Shown here piece after piece: positions 26,640 to 36,136 of a DNA stretch of 40,263 nt. A program made the translations under genes and the position numbers. The notes under the pieces were generated by a model that was given only the letters and a program-made list of their open reading frames with translations, was not told the origin of the DNA and made no database searches. Location: IMG/VR virus record IMGVR_UViG_3300036797_000049, positions 1 through 40,263 of that record; one strand, 5' to 3'. Within the stretch, counting starts at the first letter, position 1; each line of letters starts with the position of its first letter. Source of the DNA: a virus (lineage: Duplodnaviria; Caudoviricetes).

Positions 26640-27349
26640 TATTTTTGACGTCCTCCGATGCCCTGGCTGGTTTCCATCTGGGCGCGCTGCGCCATCTTCA
26701 TCACATCGAGCCACTTCGCGAGGAAGATCGCGCGCTGCGTCTCGTCGAGGCCTTGCTGCGCGCCGAGAAGATGCGAGATGAAGCGGTCGTTATAGATGGG
26801 AAAGAGCGGACTGCCGACGATCGGCAGAGTCATCGCGAGGAAGCCGGGGTTATAGATATAGCTCAGCTCATCGGGGATGGGAGTCCAACGGCTCGCGAGT
26901 GAGTCCATTGGGACAGCCTTCTGCTGATACATGACCGTGAGCGTCCCGGCCTTGCTCGGGTTCGGCATCAGGCGGAAGGTGATGTTTCCCTGTCCGTCGT
27001 CTTTATGCACGGAGATAAACTGCGGCCGCTCTTTGGTCGAGTCCTTCGACAGCGGGCTCCTAACCTCGAGTTCCTTGGTTTCGCCGCTCGTCGTCTCGGT
27101 AAACCATGCCTTTTCGATAAATCCCCACATCGGCAGGGCTGCGACATAATCCTGCGTTCCTGCGGTAATTGCGATGGCATCCGACTCGGCGCGATTCCAT
27201 GGCCAGGAGAACGGCGCGCCGAGCATCGTCTGCTTGACTAGGTTCGCGTTTGAGATGGTCGGCTCGAGGCCTCCGATCGTGAGCGGCTGAAAGCGCACAA
27301 AGGGACCGGCCCACAAAACGGACTGCTGAAGGTTCATCGTCGACGGCAC
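26639..27349 (-). CDS. Head-tail adaptor (tail tubular A-like) 2
   Basis: GTG start coupled to the upstream TAG; F.W.WN and PIPDE motifs; synteny. Confidence 0.7.
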   Translation of the reverse strand: MPSTMNLQQSVLWAGPFVRFQPLTIGGLEPTISNANLVKQTMLGAPFSWPWNRAESDAIAITAGTQDYVAALPMWGFIEKAWFTETTSGETKELEVRSPLSKDSTKERPQFISVHKDDGQGNITFRLMPNPSKAGTLTVMYQQKAVPMDSLASRWTPIPDELSYIYNPGFLAMTLPIVGSPLFPIYNDRFISHLLGAQQGLDETQRAIFLAKWLDVMKMAQRAQMETSQGIGGRQK

Positions 27350-28347
27350 TATCGGCCTCCATTCCACGGCCAACCGTTGCCGTAGGGGTTGGCGGGTCCG
27401 ACGTCGCCGCAATAGCCGTTCCCCATGACGTTTCGGTCTGGGACGAATCCGGCGTCCTCGGTCTCCCGGTCGCCCTGCTTGAGAGCTGCGGTGATGTCGC
27501 CGAGCCACATCGCTTTCATGGCGGGAAACTGCCGCTTGAGATTCGGATCGACGGCGTACTTGTGGCAGTAGGTGTAAACGCCCGACCGAAAAGATCCTGC
27601 ATAGTCGTCAGGGATGGGGTCGATCATCTCGTCGAGGGTCGTAAACTGCGGCGGGTTGCCCTGGGCGACGACGTTGATCTGATAGACGACGCCCGACATC
27701 GGCGGCATGGGGGAGATGCGGAAACCCTGCGCGTCCGGATCGGCGACCGTCCAGATGCAAGATCCGTCTTCGACGGTCGCGCCGATCGCAGGCTCCGCGC
27801 CGGCGTCGGGGGCCGTGGCTCCGGTGATGCCGTAGGTCGTCAGTACCAGGATGTTGCCGTGCGCGTCGTTGATATTCGTCGGCGGGTTCTGAGGTGTGCC
27901 GGTCGCGCCGAGGGGCTGCGTATAGGTCACGGTAGGACCGGGCCATGCGCCCTGTTCGAGTGTGCGGTTGTACTGCCAATCCACCTTTACCGGAGGGCTG
28001 GCGGCTTGGCTGGTGGGCTGCAGGCCTCGAACGGCTGTCATCGGAAGTCGGGGCTTGGGAAGGGAAGTGTTATTGATATCGGTCCACGTTGCGTTTTCGA
28101 GCCAACCGATGCCCGACTGGTCGATTGTTGCGTAGTCGTTCTGATAACTGACTGTCCAGAACGGGGGAACCTTGAAGGAGTTCCATTTCCAATTGAACCG
28201 CTGTGATACGAGATCGTTCGTGACATCGTTCGCAATAGCGAGCCAGGTCAGCGTCGAGAATCCTCCCGCTGCCTGGGCTACGCTAAGCGAGCCCATGGTC
28301 TGCATCAAGTCGACTACGGATTGAAGAGAGACGGTACTGCTTCCCAT
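27349..28347 (-). CDS. Head-tail adaptor-like protein 1 with an inserted module
   Basis: FNWKWN and PIPDD motifs shared with the downstream gene; inserted TTYG.TG...DGSCIW module. Confidence 0.7.
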   Translation of the reverse strand: MGSSTVSLQSVVDLMQTMGSLSVAQAAGGFSTLTWLAIANDVTNDLVSQRFNWKWNSFKVPPFWTVSYQNDYATIDQSGIGWLENATWTDINNTSLPKPRLPMTAVRGLQPTSQAASPPVKVDWQYNRTLEQGAWPGPTVTYTQPLGATGTPQNPPTNINDAHGNILVLTTYGITGATAPDAGAEPAIGATVEDGSCIWTVADPDAQGFRISPMPPMSGVVYQINVVAQGNPPQFTTLDEMIDPIPDDYAGSFRSGVYTYCHKYAVDPNLKRQFPAMKAMWLGDITAALKQGDRETEDAGFVPDRNVMGNGYCGDVGPANPYGNGWPWNGGR

Positions 28348-28362
28348 GGGGCCGTGCTTCCT

Positions 28363-28788
28363 TTACTTGGTTTGTGCTTCGGTGGTGGTGGTGGGCTCGT
28401 CGATGTGGATGCCGTGAGCCGAGAGCTTGGCCTTCAACTTGTCCTTCAGGTCTCCGACAACGTTGTGAGCTGCGCGCTCGGCGAGCTCCATCAAGAATCC
28501 GCCGTCGACTGTCGGGGTTCCCGGATCTCCCTTCTCGCCCTTCTCGCCCTGCGGTCCTGCGGGTCCGGTGGGTCCGGTGTCGCCCTTCTCGCCCTGCGGT
28601 CCCTGGGGGCCGGCGACGAGCTGCGTTGCGGCCGGGGCCGGGGTTTGTCCCTGCGTTGCATCGACGGATGTGGCTTCGGTCGCGGTGTCGGTGGCTGCAT
28701 CCTGCGCCGGCGCTGGCGTCTGATTCGAGACCGAAGCTTCGGTCTGGGTGAGGGCTGATTCCTGAACGTTCGCGTTCTGCTCGTCCAT
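28363..28788 (-). CDS. Collagen-like (Gly-X-Y) repeat protein
   Basis: [31 protein letters not shown]; AGGAG RBS. Confidence 0.85.
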   Translation of the reverse strand: MDEQNANVQESALTQTEASVSNQTPAPAQDAATDTATEATSVDATQGQTPAPAATQLVAGPQGPQGEKGDTGPTGPAGPQGEKGEKGDPGTPTVDGGFLMELAERAAHNVVGDLKDKLKAKLSAHGIHIDEPTTTTEAQTK

Positions 28789-28840
28789 CGGTTTATTTCT
28801 CCTGTGTTACGGTGTGCCGTCGAGAGTCCTCGGCGGATGT

Positions 28841-29383
28841 CTAGGCGGCGCTACGCTTCTTGCCGCGAGGCCTGCGGATCTGCTCCGTGTCTGCCTCGTC
28901 GTCGGTCGGCCGCGGCCGTGGAGCGCGCTGCACCAGAAAGATCTGCATCCCCATATCCTCGTTATCGGTGGGCCACTCGCAGGCGATGCGGAACTTGCGG
29001 AGCTGGTCGGCGTAGGCATCGGGGTCGCTGCGCTTGAGCGCGACGGTTGGCTTCTCCCAGGTGCAGCCGCAACGCTGGCACATAATCACCAACTCGCCGG
29101 TCGGCATCGTTTGCCGAACGATTGCGTAATTGCTGTCTGTGCCACGGTCGAGGCCTGAGCGGTTCCTGCCGCCCTTCTTGTGCTTGCAGTTGTCGAAACG
29201 CGCCTGCTCCTGACGAGCGTTCTCTTTCATGTCGCGCTGCTGCTGCTCAAGCTTGAGCCGCCGCGCTTCCTTCTTTTGGTTGATCTCTGCAAGCTGCTCT
29301 TTCTGCAGTTCGAGTTGTACGCGCTTCATCTCGAGGTCGATCGCGGCGGATTCCTCTAAAAGCTTCTCTGTTTCGGTAGGCAT
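28841..29383 (-). CDS. Hypothetical coiled-coil plus Zn-binding protein
   Basis: GGAG RBS; N-terminal coiled coil; CKH...CQRC. Confidence 0.8.
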   Translation of the reverse strand: MPTETEKLLEESAAIDLEMKRVQLELQKEQLAEINQKKEARRLKLEQQQRDMKENARQEQARFDNCKHKKGGRNRSGLDRGTDSNYAIVRQTMPTGELVIMCQRCGCTWEKPTVALKRSDPDAYADQLRKFRIACEWPTDNEDMGMQIFLVQRAPRPRPTDDEADTEQIRRPRGKKRSAA

Positions 29384-29448
29384 GGCGTCTCCGTAGACGG
29401 CGTGAAATTTGGGCGGTACAACAAGCGCCGCCCGTCGCTGTTTGAGGG

Positions 29449-30636
29449 TTAGGAGATGTTGGTCGGAGCGTCGATGGTGCGGACACGGCCGACGAGATCA
29501 GGAACGACCGATGCAACGAAATTCACGTTGTACGCGGTCGAGCCGCCGATCATGTTGGCCGGATCGGAGACGCTGACATCGTCATAACGCTTCGTGTACA
29601 TCTTGAGATTCCGCCAGTCTCCCTCGCCGATCTGCGCGCCTTCCTTCTTGCCGAGGCTGACGGTGAGCACGCCATTCTCGCCGAAGATGTAAGTACGCAG
29701 AGCGGTAACGCCAGCATTGCCCTTGTAGTTCGGGGTCATGGTGACTTCGGTAGACGGGAAGAAGCTGCAGCCCGCCCAATCAATCACGCGCGCGCTATCC
29801 TCGCCGGTCGGCAACTCCTCGAGCTTCATCTGCCCTTCGATCGTGTGCTTCAGAACGTCGGTCAGCGAATTATTGGAGTTGTCGTTGAGGGTGTCGCCGA
29901 CCGCGAAGTCGTGAATGACTCCACGGAACCGACCGCCGCCGAACGCCTTCACGTTGCGGCCGCCCATGGAGGAGATCGCCGTCGTGATGTTGCTCTTGCC
30001 AAACGGGACGTTGAAAGCGTTCTGCTCGTTGACCGAGGAGTCAACCGCGCTGAGGCCATCGGCCACCAGACGTACCAGTTGCGACGTAGTGCGCGCGAGC
30101 CTATAGCCGAGTTCCTTCGCTCCGTTTTCGAGCGCCGGGTCGATCGCCAACTGCAGCGAGAATTTGCTGTAGTTGAGATAGTCGGCAAAGTTCCCCATCT
30201 TGGTGAAGTTGTTGAGCACCGAAATGGTGAGGCCATCGCCGACAACGCCTTCAGCGGCCTGCGACGTATTCGCGCCGAACGTCTGATATTCGAAGAGAGC
30301 CAGGGTGTTACCGGCGTTCTCGGGCATCTCAATGCGTCGCGTGCATTTCAGATACGGGGTCTCGGCCTTCAAGTTGTCGATGAAGGTTTTCTCGTAATAG
30401 ATCGCCTGCGTCTGCGAGAGGTTGCTGGTGTTGTTGGATGCGGGGCTGTAGCCGTCGTGACAGACGACTTGACCGCTCTGCATCCATGCGAAGGTGCCGA
30501 CCGTAACGATACAGGCGCGCCAGATGACGCGGGGGAGGATCATCACTCGACTACCAAGGGCAAAAATCAATGTTGCGATTGCTGCGAAGATTCGGGCCGT
30601 AACCAAGACGGCGCGATCGAAATTCGTGTATTTCAT
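29449..30636 (-). CDS. Major capsid protein (N4-gp56-like family)
   Basis: YYEK.F..NLK, MP.N.G.T..L, EG..G, A.ELGY, DP.N..G pattern; directly follows the scaffold gene. Confidence 0.85.
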   Translation of the reverse strand: MKYTNFDRAVLVTARIFAAIATLIFALGSRVMILPRVIWRACIVTVGTFAWMQSGQVVCHDGYSPASNNTSNLSQTQAIYYEKTFIDNLKAETPYLKCTRRIEMPENAGNTLALFEYQTFGANTSQAAEGVVGDGLTISVLNNFTKMGNFADYLNYSKFSLQLAIDPALENGAKELGYRLARTTSQLVRLVADGLSAVDSSVNEQNAFNVPFGKSNITTAISSMGGRNVKAFGGGRFRGVIHDFAVGDTLNDNSNNSLTDVLKHTIEGQMKLEELPTGEDSARVIDWAGCSFFPSTEVTMTPNYKGNAGVTALRTYIFGENGVLTVSLGKKEGAQIGEGDWRNLKMYTKRYDDVSVSDPANMIGGSTAYNVNFVASVVPDLVGRVRTIDAPTNIS

Positions 30637-30692
30637 CGGTCGTTCTCCCTGTGCATTCCAGTCCGCCAGGATGCTCGACTCTGCTAGTCGGT

Positions 30693-31499
30693 TTACATCT
30701 TCATAGAATTAACGAACTGCGCGAATCCCGCTTCGTTCGCCATCTTGTCCGCGTAAACGTTTCTTGGCATCTCGAGAATCTGCTGACGGGTGTACTTCGG
30801 CGTGGGCTTCGGGGAAGTGGTTCCGCTTACATCGCTGGAACGTATTCCGCTGGCTCCGACGCTTCCGCGTGGCCGAGTTGTTTGCGTGGGAGCAATCCGC
30901 TCTTGCCTGGGCTCGGGTTGGGGTGGTGGTGGCGCTGCCGGCCTTCTGGTCAACAATCCGCTGCCGTTCAGTCGAGCAAATGCAATTTGAAAGTTGTTTA
31001 GAGTATGGGCCATTCCGTGCTGCTCCATATAACCCATAAGTGTTACTTTGTTCTCTTCAATCGGGAACCAATCCGGCTCCGACTGATTGAAATCCTGGGC
31101 GGCTTTGACAGCGGCCGCAATACGCTCTTTTTCGTCGTCCTCCTGGAGTCGGCTCGTGATCTCCTTGAGGTTGCCGCCGATCGAGGCCTCGATAACGGTA
31201 TTGATCGCCGCGTCGACCTTGTCGGGGTCCTGCAGATCTCCCGCGATCTGGAAACGCTCATTGGCCGAAAGGCTGCGCGGCTTGAACTCGAGAGCCTTCG
31301 GAGCGGGGTCCGGTGTCTGCGTCTTCTTCAGCTCATTGATCCTGCGGCTGGCGTTGCCCTGCGCTGCGAGTAGCTTGTCGGCTACTTCCTTCACGGTTGC
31401 GCCGCGAAACGTCTGAACCTGTGAGCCGTCCTCCGGATCTACATCCGCGATATATTCGCCGTCGATCGGCTCGCCGTTATTTCGCCATTCTGTCGCCAC
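30693..31499 (-). CDS. Probable capsid scaffolding protein
   Basis: GGAGG RBS with GTG 31499; charged and helical, Pro-rich linker, short C-terminal helix; lies between portal and capsid genes. Confidence 0.75.
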   Translation of the reverse strand: MATEWRNNGEPIDGEYIADVDPEDGSQVQTFRGATVKEVADKLLAAQGNASRRINELKKTQTPDPAPKALEFKPRSLSANERFQIAGDLQDPDKVDAAINTVIEASIGGNLKEITSRLQEDDEKERIAAAVKAAQDFNQSEPDWFPIEENKVTLMGYMEQHGMAHTLNNFQIAFARLNGSGLLTRRPAAPPPPQPEPRQERIAPTQTTRPRGSVGASGIRSSDVSGTTSPKPTPKYTRQQILEMPRNVYADKMANEAGFAQFVNSMKM

Positions 31500-31536
31500 T
31501 TGCTTTACCTCCACCAATCCGGTGTATTTCTGGGTG

Positions 31537-31893
31537 CTACGGCCGTACAAAAATCTGTGCTTCGTCGTACTCGTCGGCGGCGCGCGCATGATCGCGGCGC
31601 TGCTCGTCGATCGCGTCCTGTATCGCGCGCTCCTGCTCTACCTTGCGTTGAAGCGCCGTGAACACCTGCCAGAAGGCTTTTGAAAACTGGTGTTCGGCGA
31701 GTATGCTGCTCGGCTGGTCGACCGGGGTATTGACTAGGTTTCCTTCCTGCTCGATGCAGCACATCTCGATCAGGTCTAGCAGGGCCTCATAACCGGGCAT
31801 CTCGCGGATCGCGAGGAGTGCGACGCGCTGCTGTGGTGGCAACGTCGCCTTCAGGCCATGCGTGCGCTCGTTGCGGATCTCTCTATCGCTCAT
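31537..31893 (-). CDS. Hypothetical protein (post-portal)
   Basis: Coupled to the portal stop; helical. Confidence 0.75.
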   Translation of the reverse strand: MSDREIRNERTHGLKATLPPQQRVALLAIREMPGYEALLDLIEMCCIEQEGNLVNTPVDQPSSILAEHQFSKAFWQVFTALQRKVEQERAIQDAIDEQRRDHARAADEYDEAQIFVRP

Positions 31894-33986
31894 AACGCGC
31901 CCATCCCTTCCCTCATCTGTTCACGGCTTTCCTGCCTCAGCACATAGGCCGCGGCCTCGGCGTTGGAGTTGAGCATCATCTTCGAAGCTAGCGAGGCCTC
32001 GTGATTCTGGTCGATCTCCTGAGTCTTGGCCGCGTGCTTCGCCTGGACGACGGCGATGTCGCCCTGAACCTTCTGCAGTCCTGGGTTGTTCTGCTGAAAC
32101 TTGGCGTACTCCTCCGGGGTCATGGGGCGAATCAGTTCGCGCCGATCTCGCCACTCGCTGACCTCCATGAACATATCGAACAGGAGCTTAGCGTCGACCG
32201 CGTAACCCATGGCGTTGAGCTGTGAGATGAGGGCCGGATTCTCGAGAATCTGAATCATCAGCGGCAATGCCTGGGCCATCGCCTTTTTCGCTGCCAGCTT
32301 CGCGCCGGCGAGGACTTCAAACTTATCGCTGGAATTGAGGAAGTCCGTCTCATCGAGAAGGAAGGCGTCGCCCAACTCCCGGCCAAGGATCTCGCGGATC
32401 TCCGACAGCGGCATCCGCTCCTTTACCAGCTCGTCGATGAACTGGAGGAAGGGAAGGAAGACTCCACGCACGAAGCGGCCGACCGGACCCTGAATCTTTC
32501 CGGCGTTGGCCGAGATGATGCCGCCCGCGCCGGTGGCGGTACGGGCCGCACTGGATCCAGCGCCGCCGAGTACGCCCTGCGCGAATGGCTGATCGGCTCC
32601 GGTGGTCGACTGGCTCGACTGCTGCGACTGCTGCAGGATGGGGAAGACTTCGGCCGGGACGCGCGGTTGCTCGATCAGGCCGAACGCATCCTTGACGCCT
32701 CGGCCTTGCGGGACGTCGACGTCGACGATTCCGCCCAGGCGAGTACGGATCTGCTGCGAGGGTACGTTTGCGCCGCGATCGCGCGCATAGCTCGGATTGA
32801 GCGAAAAGCTGAGGATGTCTAGAGCGCCGTCGACGAGTCCCTTTTCGACGCGCTGATCGCTTCCGACCAAGCGCCCGACTCCGATCCCATAACCGGCATT
32901 CGGGATGTTCCAGAAATTCCACGCGAAGAAGGGAATGCGGCTAAAGCCGTGCTCCTCGTCGCGGATGACGACAACATGATCGTCATCGGTCCGGAGGACC
33001 GTATAGACATAAGTCCCGTCCCAACGCTCAAGCATCTCTATCGGGGCCTCGAGCGGGTCGTCGCTCGTGATCTCGTTGCGGTCGGCCGCGTGATAGATGG
33101 CGGCATTGTTGGTCTGTTGCGCCTCGAAGTCTGGAACCGGGTTCGCATTCTGCTTGTGCGAAAAGAAATAGTCCTCGAGCGACTTCGCGGATGGGATGCT
33201 ATACGCCTTATTCTGGCGCAGCTTGTCGATATCCTTGAACGTCGGGAAGGTTTGATGAATAACAAACTTTGCCTTGTCGATCCTATTCGGATGACGCCAA
33301 CCAGCATCGACAAAGATTGATCCAAGGGGGCAATACTCGAAGAATGGCCGGTTGGTCGTAACCTCGGTCTCGACGACTTCAAACTCGTCGCTTTCGGCCG
33401 TGTGGACCTGCTCATCGCGATCAGAGAAGGGCATCGTGACGGTGATCGGTGCCGACTTCCGAACCTGCGTCTTTACCTTCTTCGTCTCCGTTACCCATCC
33501 ACCCTTACAGATGGCCGTGCCGCTGTTTACTCCGTTCTCGATCGCAAGCACGCATTCGTCTTGAAACTCGATCTCATCCAGTAGCGCGCCATAGAGCGCC
33601 ATCTTCGCGAATGCGGTCTGCTGGCTTTGGCCAGGTCTCGGCCGGGTGAGGAATGGAGGGTTTTCGTAGAAAAGGCCCTGCTCGATCATCGGAGCCAGGG
33701 TGTTTACATGCGTCGCGACCGTGAAACGCGACACGTTCGCGCGCGAAACGACGGAGTTTTCGAAGTTGGTTTTGCCGCGCGGCGACTGGTAGAGTGCATC
33801 AGCCTCGTTCCAGTGGAGCGCCCACTGCTTCTCCTGCTGGAAGGCCCTCGCGCGCTCCATATCGCCGACGACCAACTTGGCGACGGCCGGCTTCAGGTAC
33901 TGCGGGGCTAGGGTCGGGCCTTGCTGCCTGACCTCTGACTGCTGGATCTCGCCTGTGGTGCTGATTGCGCCGGGTAGTTCGCTCAT
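31890..33986 (-). CDS. Portal protein (podovirus type)
   Basis: 698 aa directly after terminase; G.AI.K.GW, YGIGVG and RTATGA motifs; Gln-rich C-terminus. Confidence 0.88.
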   Translation of the reverse strand: MSELPGAISTTGEIQQSEVRQQGPTLAPQYLKPAVAKLVVGDMERARAFQQEKQWALHWNEADALYQSPRGKTNFENSVVSRANVSRFTVATHVNTLAPMIEQGLFYENPPFLTRPRPGQSQQTAFAKMALYGALLDEIEFQDECVLAIENGVNSGTAICKGGWVTETKKVKTQVRKSAPITVTMPFSDRDEQVHTAESDEFEVVETEVTTNRPFFEYCPLGSIFVDAGWRHPNRIDKAKFVIHQTFPTFKDIDKLRQNKAYSIPSAKSLEDYFFSHKQNANPVPDFEAQQTNNAAIYHAADRNEITSDDPLEAPIEMLERWDGTYVYTVLRTDDDHVVVIRDEEHGFSRIPFFAWNFWNIPNAGYGIGVGRLVGSDQRVEKGLVDGALDILSFSLNPSYARDRGANVPSQQIRTRLGGIVDVDVPQGRGVKDAFGLIEQPRVPAEVFPILQQSQQSSQSTTGADQPFAQGVLGGAGSSAARTATGAGGIISANAGKIQGPVGRFVRGVFLPFLQFIDELVKERMPLSEIREILGRELGDAFLLDETDFLNSSDKFEVLAGAKLAAKKAMAQALPLMIQILENPALISQLNAMGYAVDAKLLFDMFMEVSEWRDRRELIRPMTPEEYAKFQQNNPGLQKVQGDIAVVQAKHAAKTQEIDQNHEASLASKMMLNSNAEAAAYVLRQESREQMREGMGAL

Positions 33987-35656
33987 CCTGATAACCCCGG
34001 CATGATGTCCTCGAGCCCGTAAGGATTCGTTTGTGGCATGTACTCCTCTTCCTCTTCCTCGATCGGCGTCGGATCTACTTCAGGGGCGGCATAGCGGCCG
34101 CGGCCATAGACCATGTTGTGCAGGTCGCGCTCTCGAGCTGCCTCGAACTCCTCATCGGATTCCTCTTCTTCGCCCGGGTGAGCGATCGACTTCGGCAGAA
34201 CCTCGCAGACGCGCGCGACGCACTCGACAATCTCGTTCTGCTCGACCATGCCGAAATTCGTAAACTGCCGAGTAAGGTCATTCATGGGTCCGATCGCGTC
34301 GGAGAACTTCACGCGGCCGGTCGCGATGAGCGGCTGAACCGTCTTCATCCGGAGATCGCGAGCTGAGGCGTCCTGATCGAATGGAATCCACTTCAACGCG
34401 ACCTTATAGCCGACCTCGAGAGCATAGTTGTGGATGTGGTGCTCTAAGTGGCGCGCGCCTGGGGAGTCGATGATCTGCACGGTTCGCGCATCATGTTTCT
34501 TCGCCAGCTCGACAACCTTCCGCGCCTGGGTCGAGGGGTTGTAAACTCCGCGCACAACGTCAAGGATGAACATCACGCCAAAGGCCGCGCGGCCGACTGC
34601 GGCGCCGGCGTACTTCATCGAAGGCTCTGCGGAGCTGCTAAACCTCCATACGATCTGCACCGGGCCTTCCACCGGGTCGCTCTCCTCGTCGACCATGGCC
34701 TCGGCCATCTCCTCCGGATCGAAGATCACCTCCTTACCGCCGTAAGCGTCGTTCATGTACTGCGTCATAAATGAGCTGTAATCGTCATCGTAGGAGTCGC
34801 GGAGAAATTCATAGCTCAGCAGGGAAGGGAAGGTTAGCGTGCATTCATCCTCGGCCGGCCAGTTGTCCGACGTAAGGCGCTCGCCGCTGTGCATCACCAG
34901 CGCAGGGCGGCAAAGGATCTTGATCTTGCCTGGGCGGGCCTTCGCGATATCGTCGCCGTAGCAGTCGAAGGGGTCATAACGGGTGCCTGCGGTGTCGCGA
35001 TAGCCGTAGGGCATCAGCATCTTGCGGTTGACGTGCCGATTCTTCTTCACCTTTTCGATACCGCTCGGCGTTTCCGAGTTGCGATTATCGACAATGTCGT
35101 CTTCCTTCAACCATTCGAAATGCCAGCCCGACATCGCGGCTTCCATCGAGCCCGACATCAGCGTGTCGTCTTTGCGCATCGTCTGCCGATTGGGTGCTAA
35201 ATAGCTGCCAACCCTGACGGCCGAGGGAGGGATGCAAAACTCGGGGAAAAGCTCCTGAAATGTGCTCCCGCTGACGCCTTTCGGCTTCACAAAGTGCTGG
35301 CCAACCTCGCCGACGAAGGCCTGCGCCAGCTTCAATGCTCCCGACATCAAAAGTCCGCAGTTTTCGGGGAAGCAAATGATCCACTGGACGCAGTCACCCA
35401 TGTTGATCGTCGACTTGAAGGTGCCGCGCGGGTCCAGATGCAGCCGGTTCTTTACGGTGTCCTGCTCCTCGATCGGCTTGCGAGGATCTTTCTGCACGTA
35501 ATGATCGGCGACGGCGCGGTGTACGTCCTCGGTGAGCTTGTCATAGCCCAGGAGTTCGTAACACAGCCAAAAGAGATCGGTCTGCGCACGCAGGCGCAGG
35601 TCGTCTCGATATGCGCGGTCTTCGCGAATGCGCGCCAGATTGATCGTTGCAGACAT
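33983..35656 (-). CDS. Terminase large subunit
   Basis: Walker A PRGTFKST, G.HF...EDDIVD Walker B, GTRY..D.YG coupling motif, F.TQYMN. Start reassigned to ATG 35656. Nuclease acidic residues look atypical. Confidence 0.9.
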   Translation of the reverse strand: MSATINLARIREDRAYRDDLRLRAQTDLFWLCYELLGYDKLTEDVHRAVADHYVQKDPRKPIEEQDTVKNRLHLDPRGTFKSTINMGDCVQWIICFPENCGLLMSGALKLAQAFVGEVGQHFVKPKGVSGSTFQELFPEFCIPPSAVRVGSYLAPNRQTMRKDDTLMSGSMEAAMSGWHFEWLKEDDIVDNRNSETPSGIEKVKKNRHVNRKMLMPYGYRDTAGTRYDPFDCYGDDIAKARPGKIKILCRPALVMHSGERLTSDNWPAEDECTLTFPSLLSYEFLRDSYDDDYSSFMTQYMNDAYGGKEVIFDPEEMAEAMVDEESDPVEGPVQIVWRFSSSAEPSMKYAGAAVGRAAFGVMFILDVVRGVYNPSTQARKVVELAKKHDARTVQIIDSPGARHLEHHIHNYALEVGYKVALKWIPFDQDASARDLRMKTVQPLIATGRVKFSDAIGPMNDLTRQFTNFGMVEQNEIVECVARVCEVLPKSIAHPGEEEESDEEFEAARERDLHNMVYGRGRYAAPEVDPTPIEEEEEEYMPQTNPYGLEDIMPGLSG

Positions 35657-35663
35657 CGGGGGC

Positions 35664-35963
35664 CTAACCTGCCTGTGTCGGGTCCATACCTGGTGATGGT
35701 TGGGGTGCCTGAGGCTGTCCCTGTCCGGCTGGCGGCTGGTCGCCCATCGCCTGCTGCACATTGTCGCCAAGGGAATCGTTATCAGGAACGACGTGGGTCT
35801 GAGTTCCGGCGTCGTTTCCGTCCTGATCGCGCATGTGGTGACGGACAATATGACCGCCACCATCGGCGCGCTCGATCTCCATCCGGTGTACGCGGTGCTT
35901 GGTGCTCTTTTTTCCCGACTTTTCAGAACCAAGGTGAGACATCACTGCATCATGCTTCGCCAT
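35664..35963 (-). CDS. Hypothetical protein
   Basis: 99 aa, His/Lys-rich N-terminus and Q/P tail; immediately upstream of terL. Confidence 0.7.
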   Translation of the reverse strand: MAKHDAVMSHLGSEKSGKKSTKHRVHRMEIERADGGGHIVRHHMRDQDGNDAGTQTHVVPDNDSLGDNVQQAMGDQPPAGQGQPQAPQPSPGMDPTQAG

Positions 35964-36136
35964 AAAGGGGCCTATGCTTCCTGGGTAAACGGGTAGGGGC
36001 CGAGTCTATCGCCCGGCCTCCTACCTACCTACACCAACCGGAGAAATCAGCCGCTCCGTACCGGCTTGCTGTAACCTCGTTACCTTTCGCGCCCTACTCG
36101 GTATCCGTACATTCTGTTACAGCATCGTGGAAGTTT

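Noticed and set aside
29409-29432. Terminator after the capsid gene (gggcgg...ccgccc)
   Set aside because: A hairpin is present but there is no proper U tract; at most a pause or stability element.
35657-35932. N-terminal extension of terminase in the ORF track
   Set aside because: It overlaps the separate gene 35664..35963; ATG 35656 is the more plausible start.
17364-35965. Many + strand ORFs of 60-280 aa opposite the structural genes
   Set aside because: These are antisense shadows typical of GC-rich coding DNA, with no RBS or motif support.
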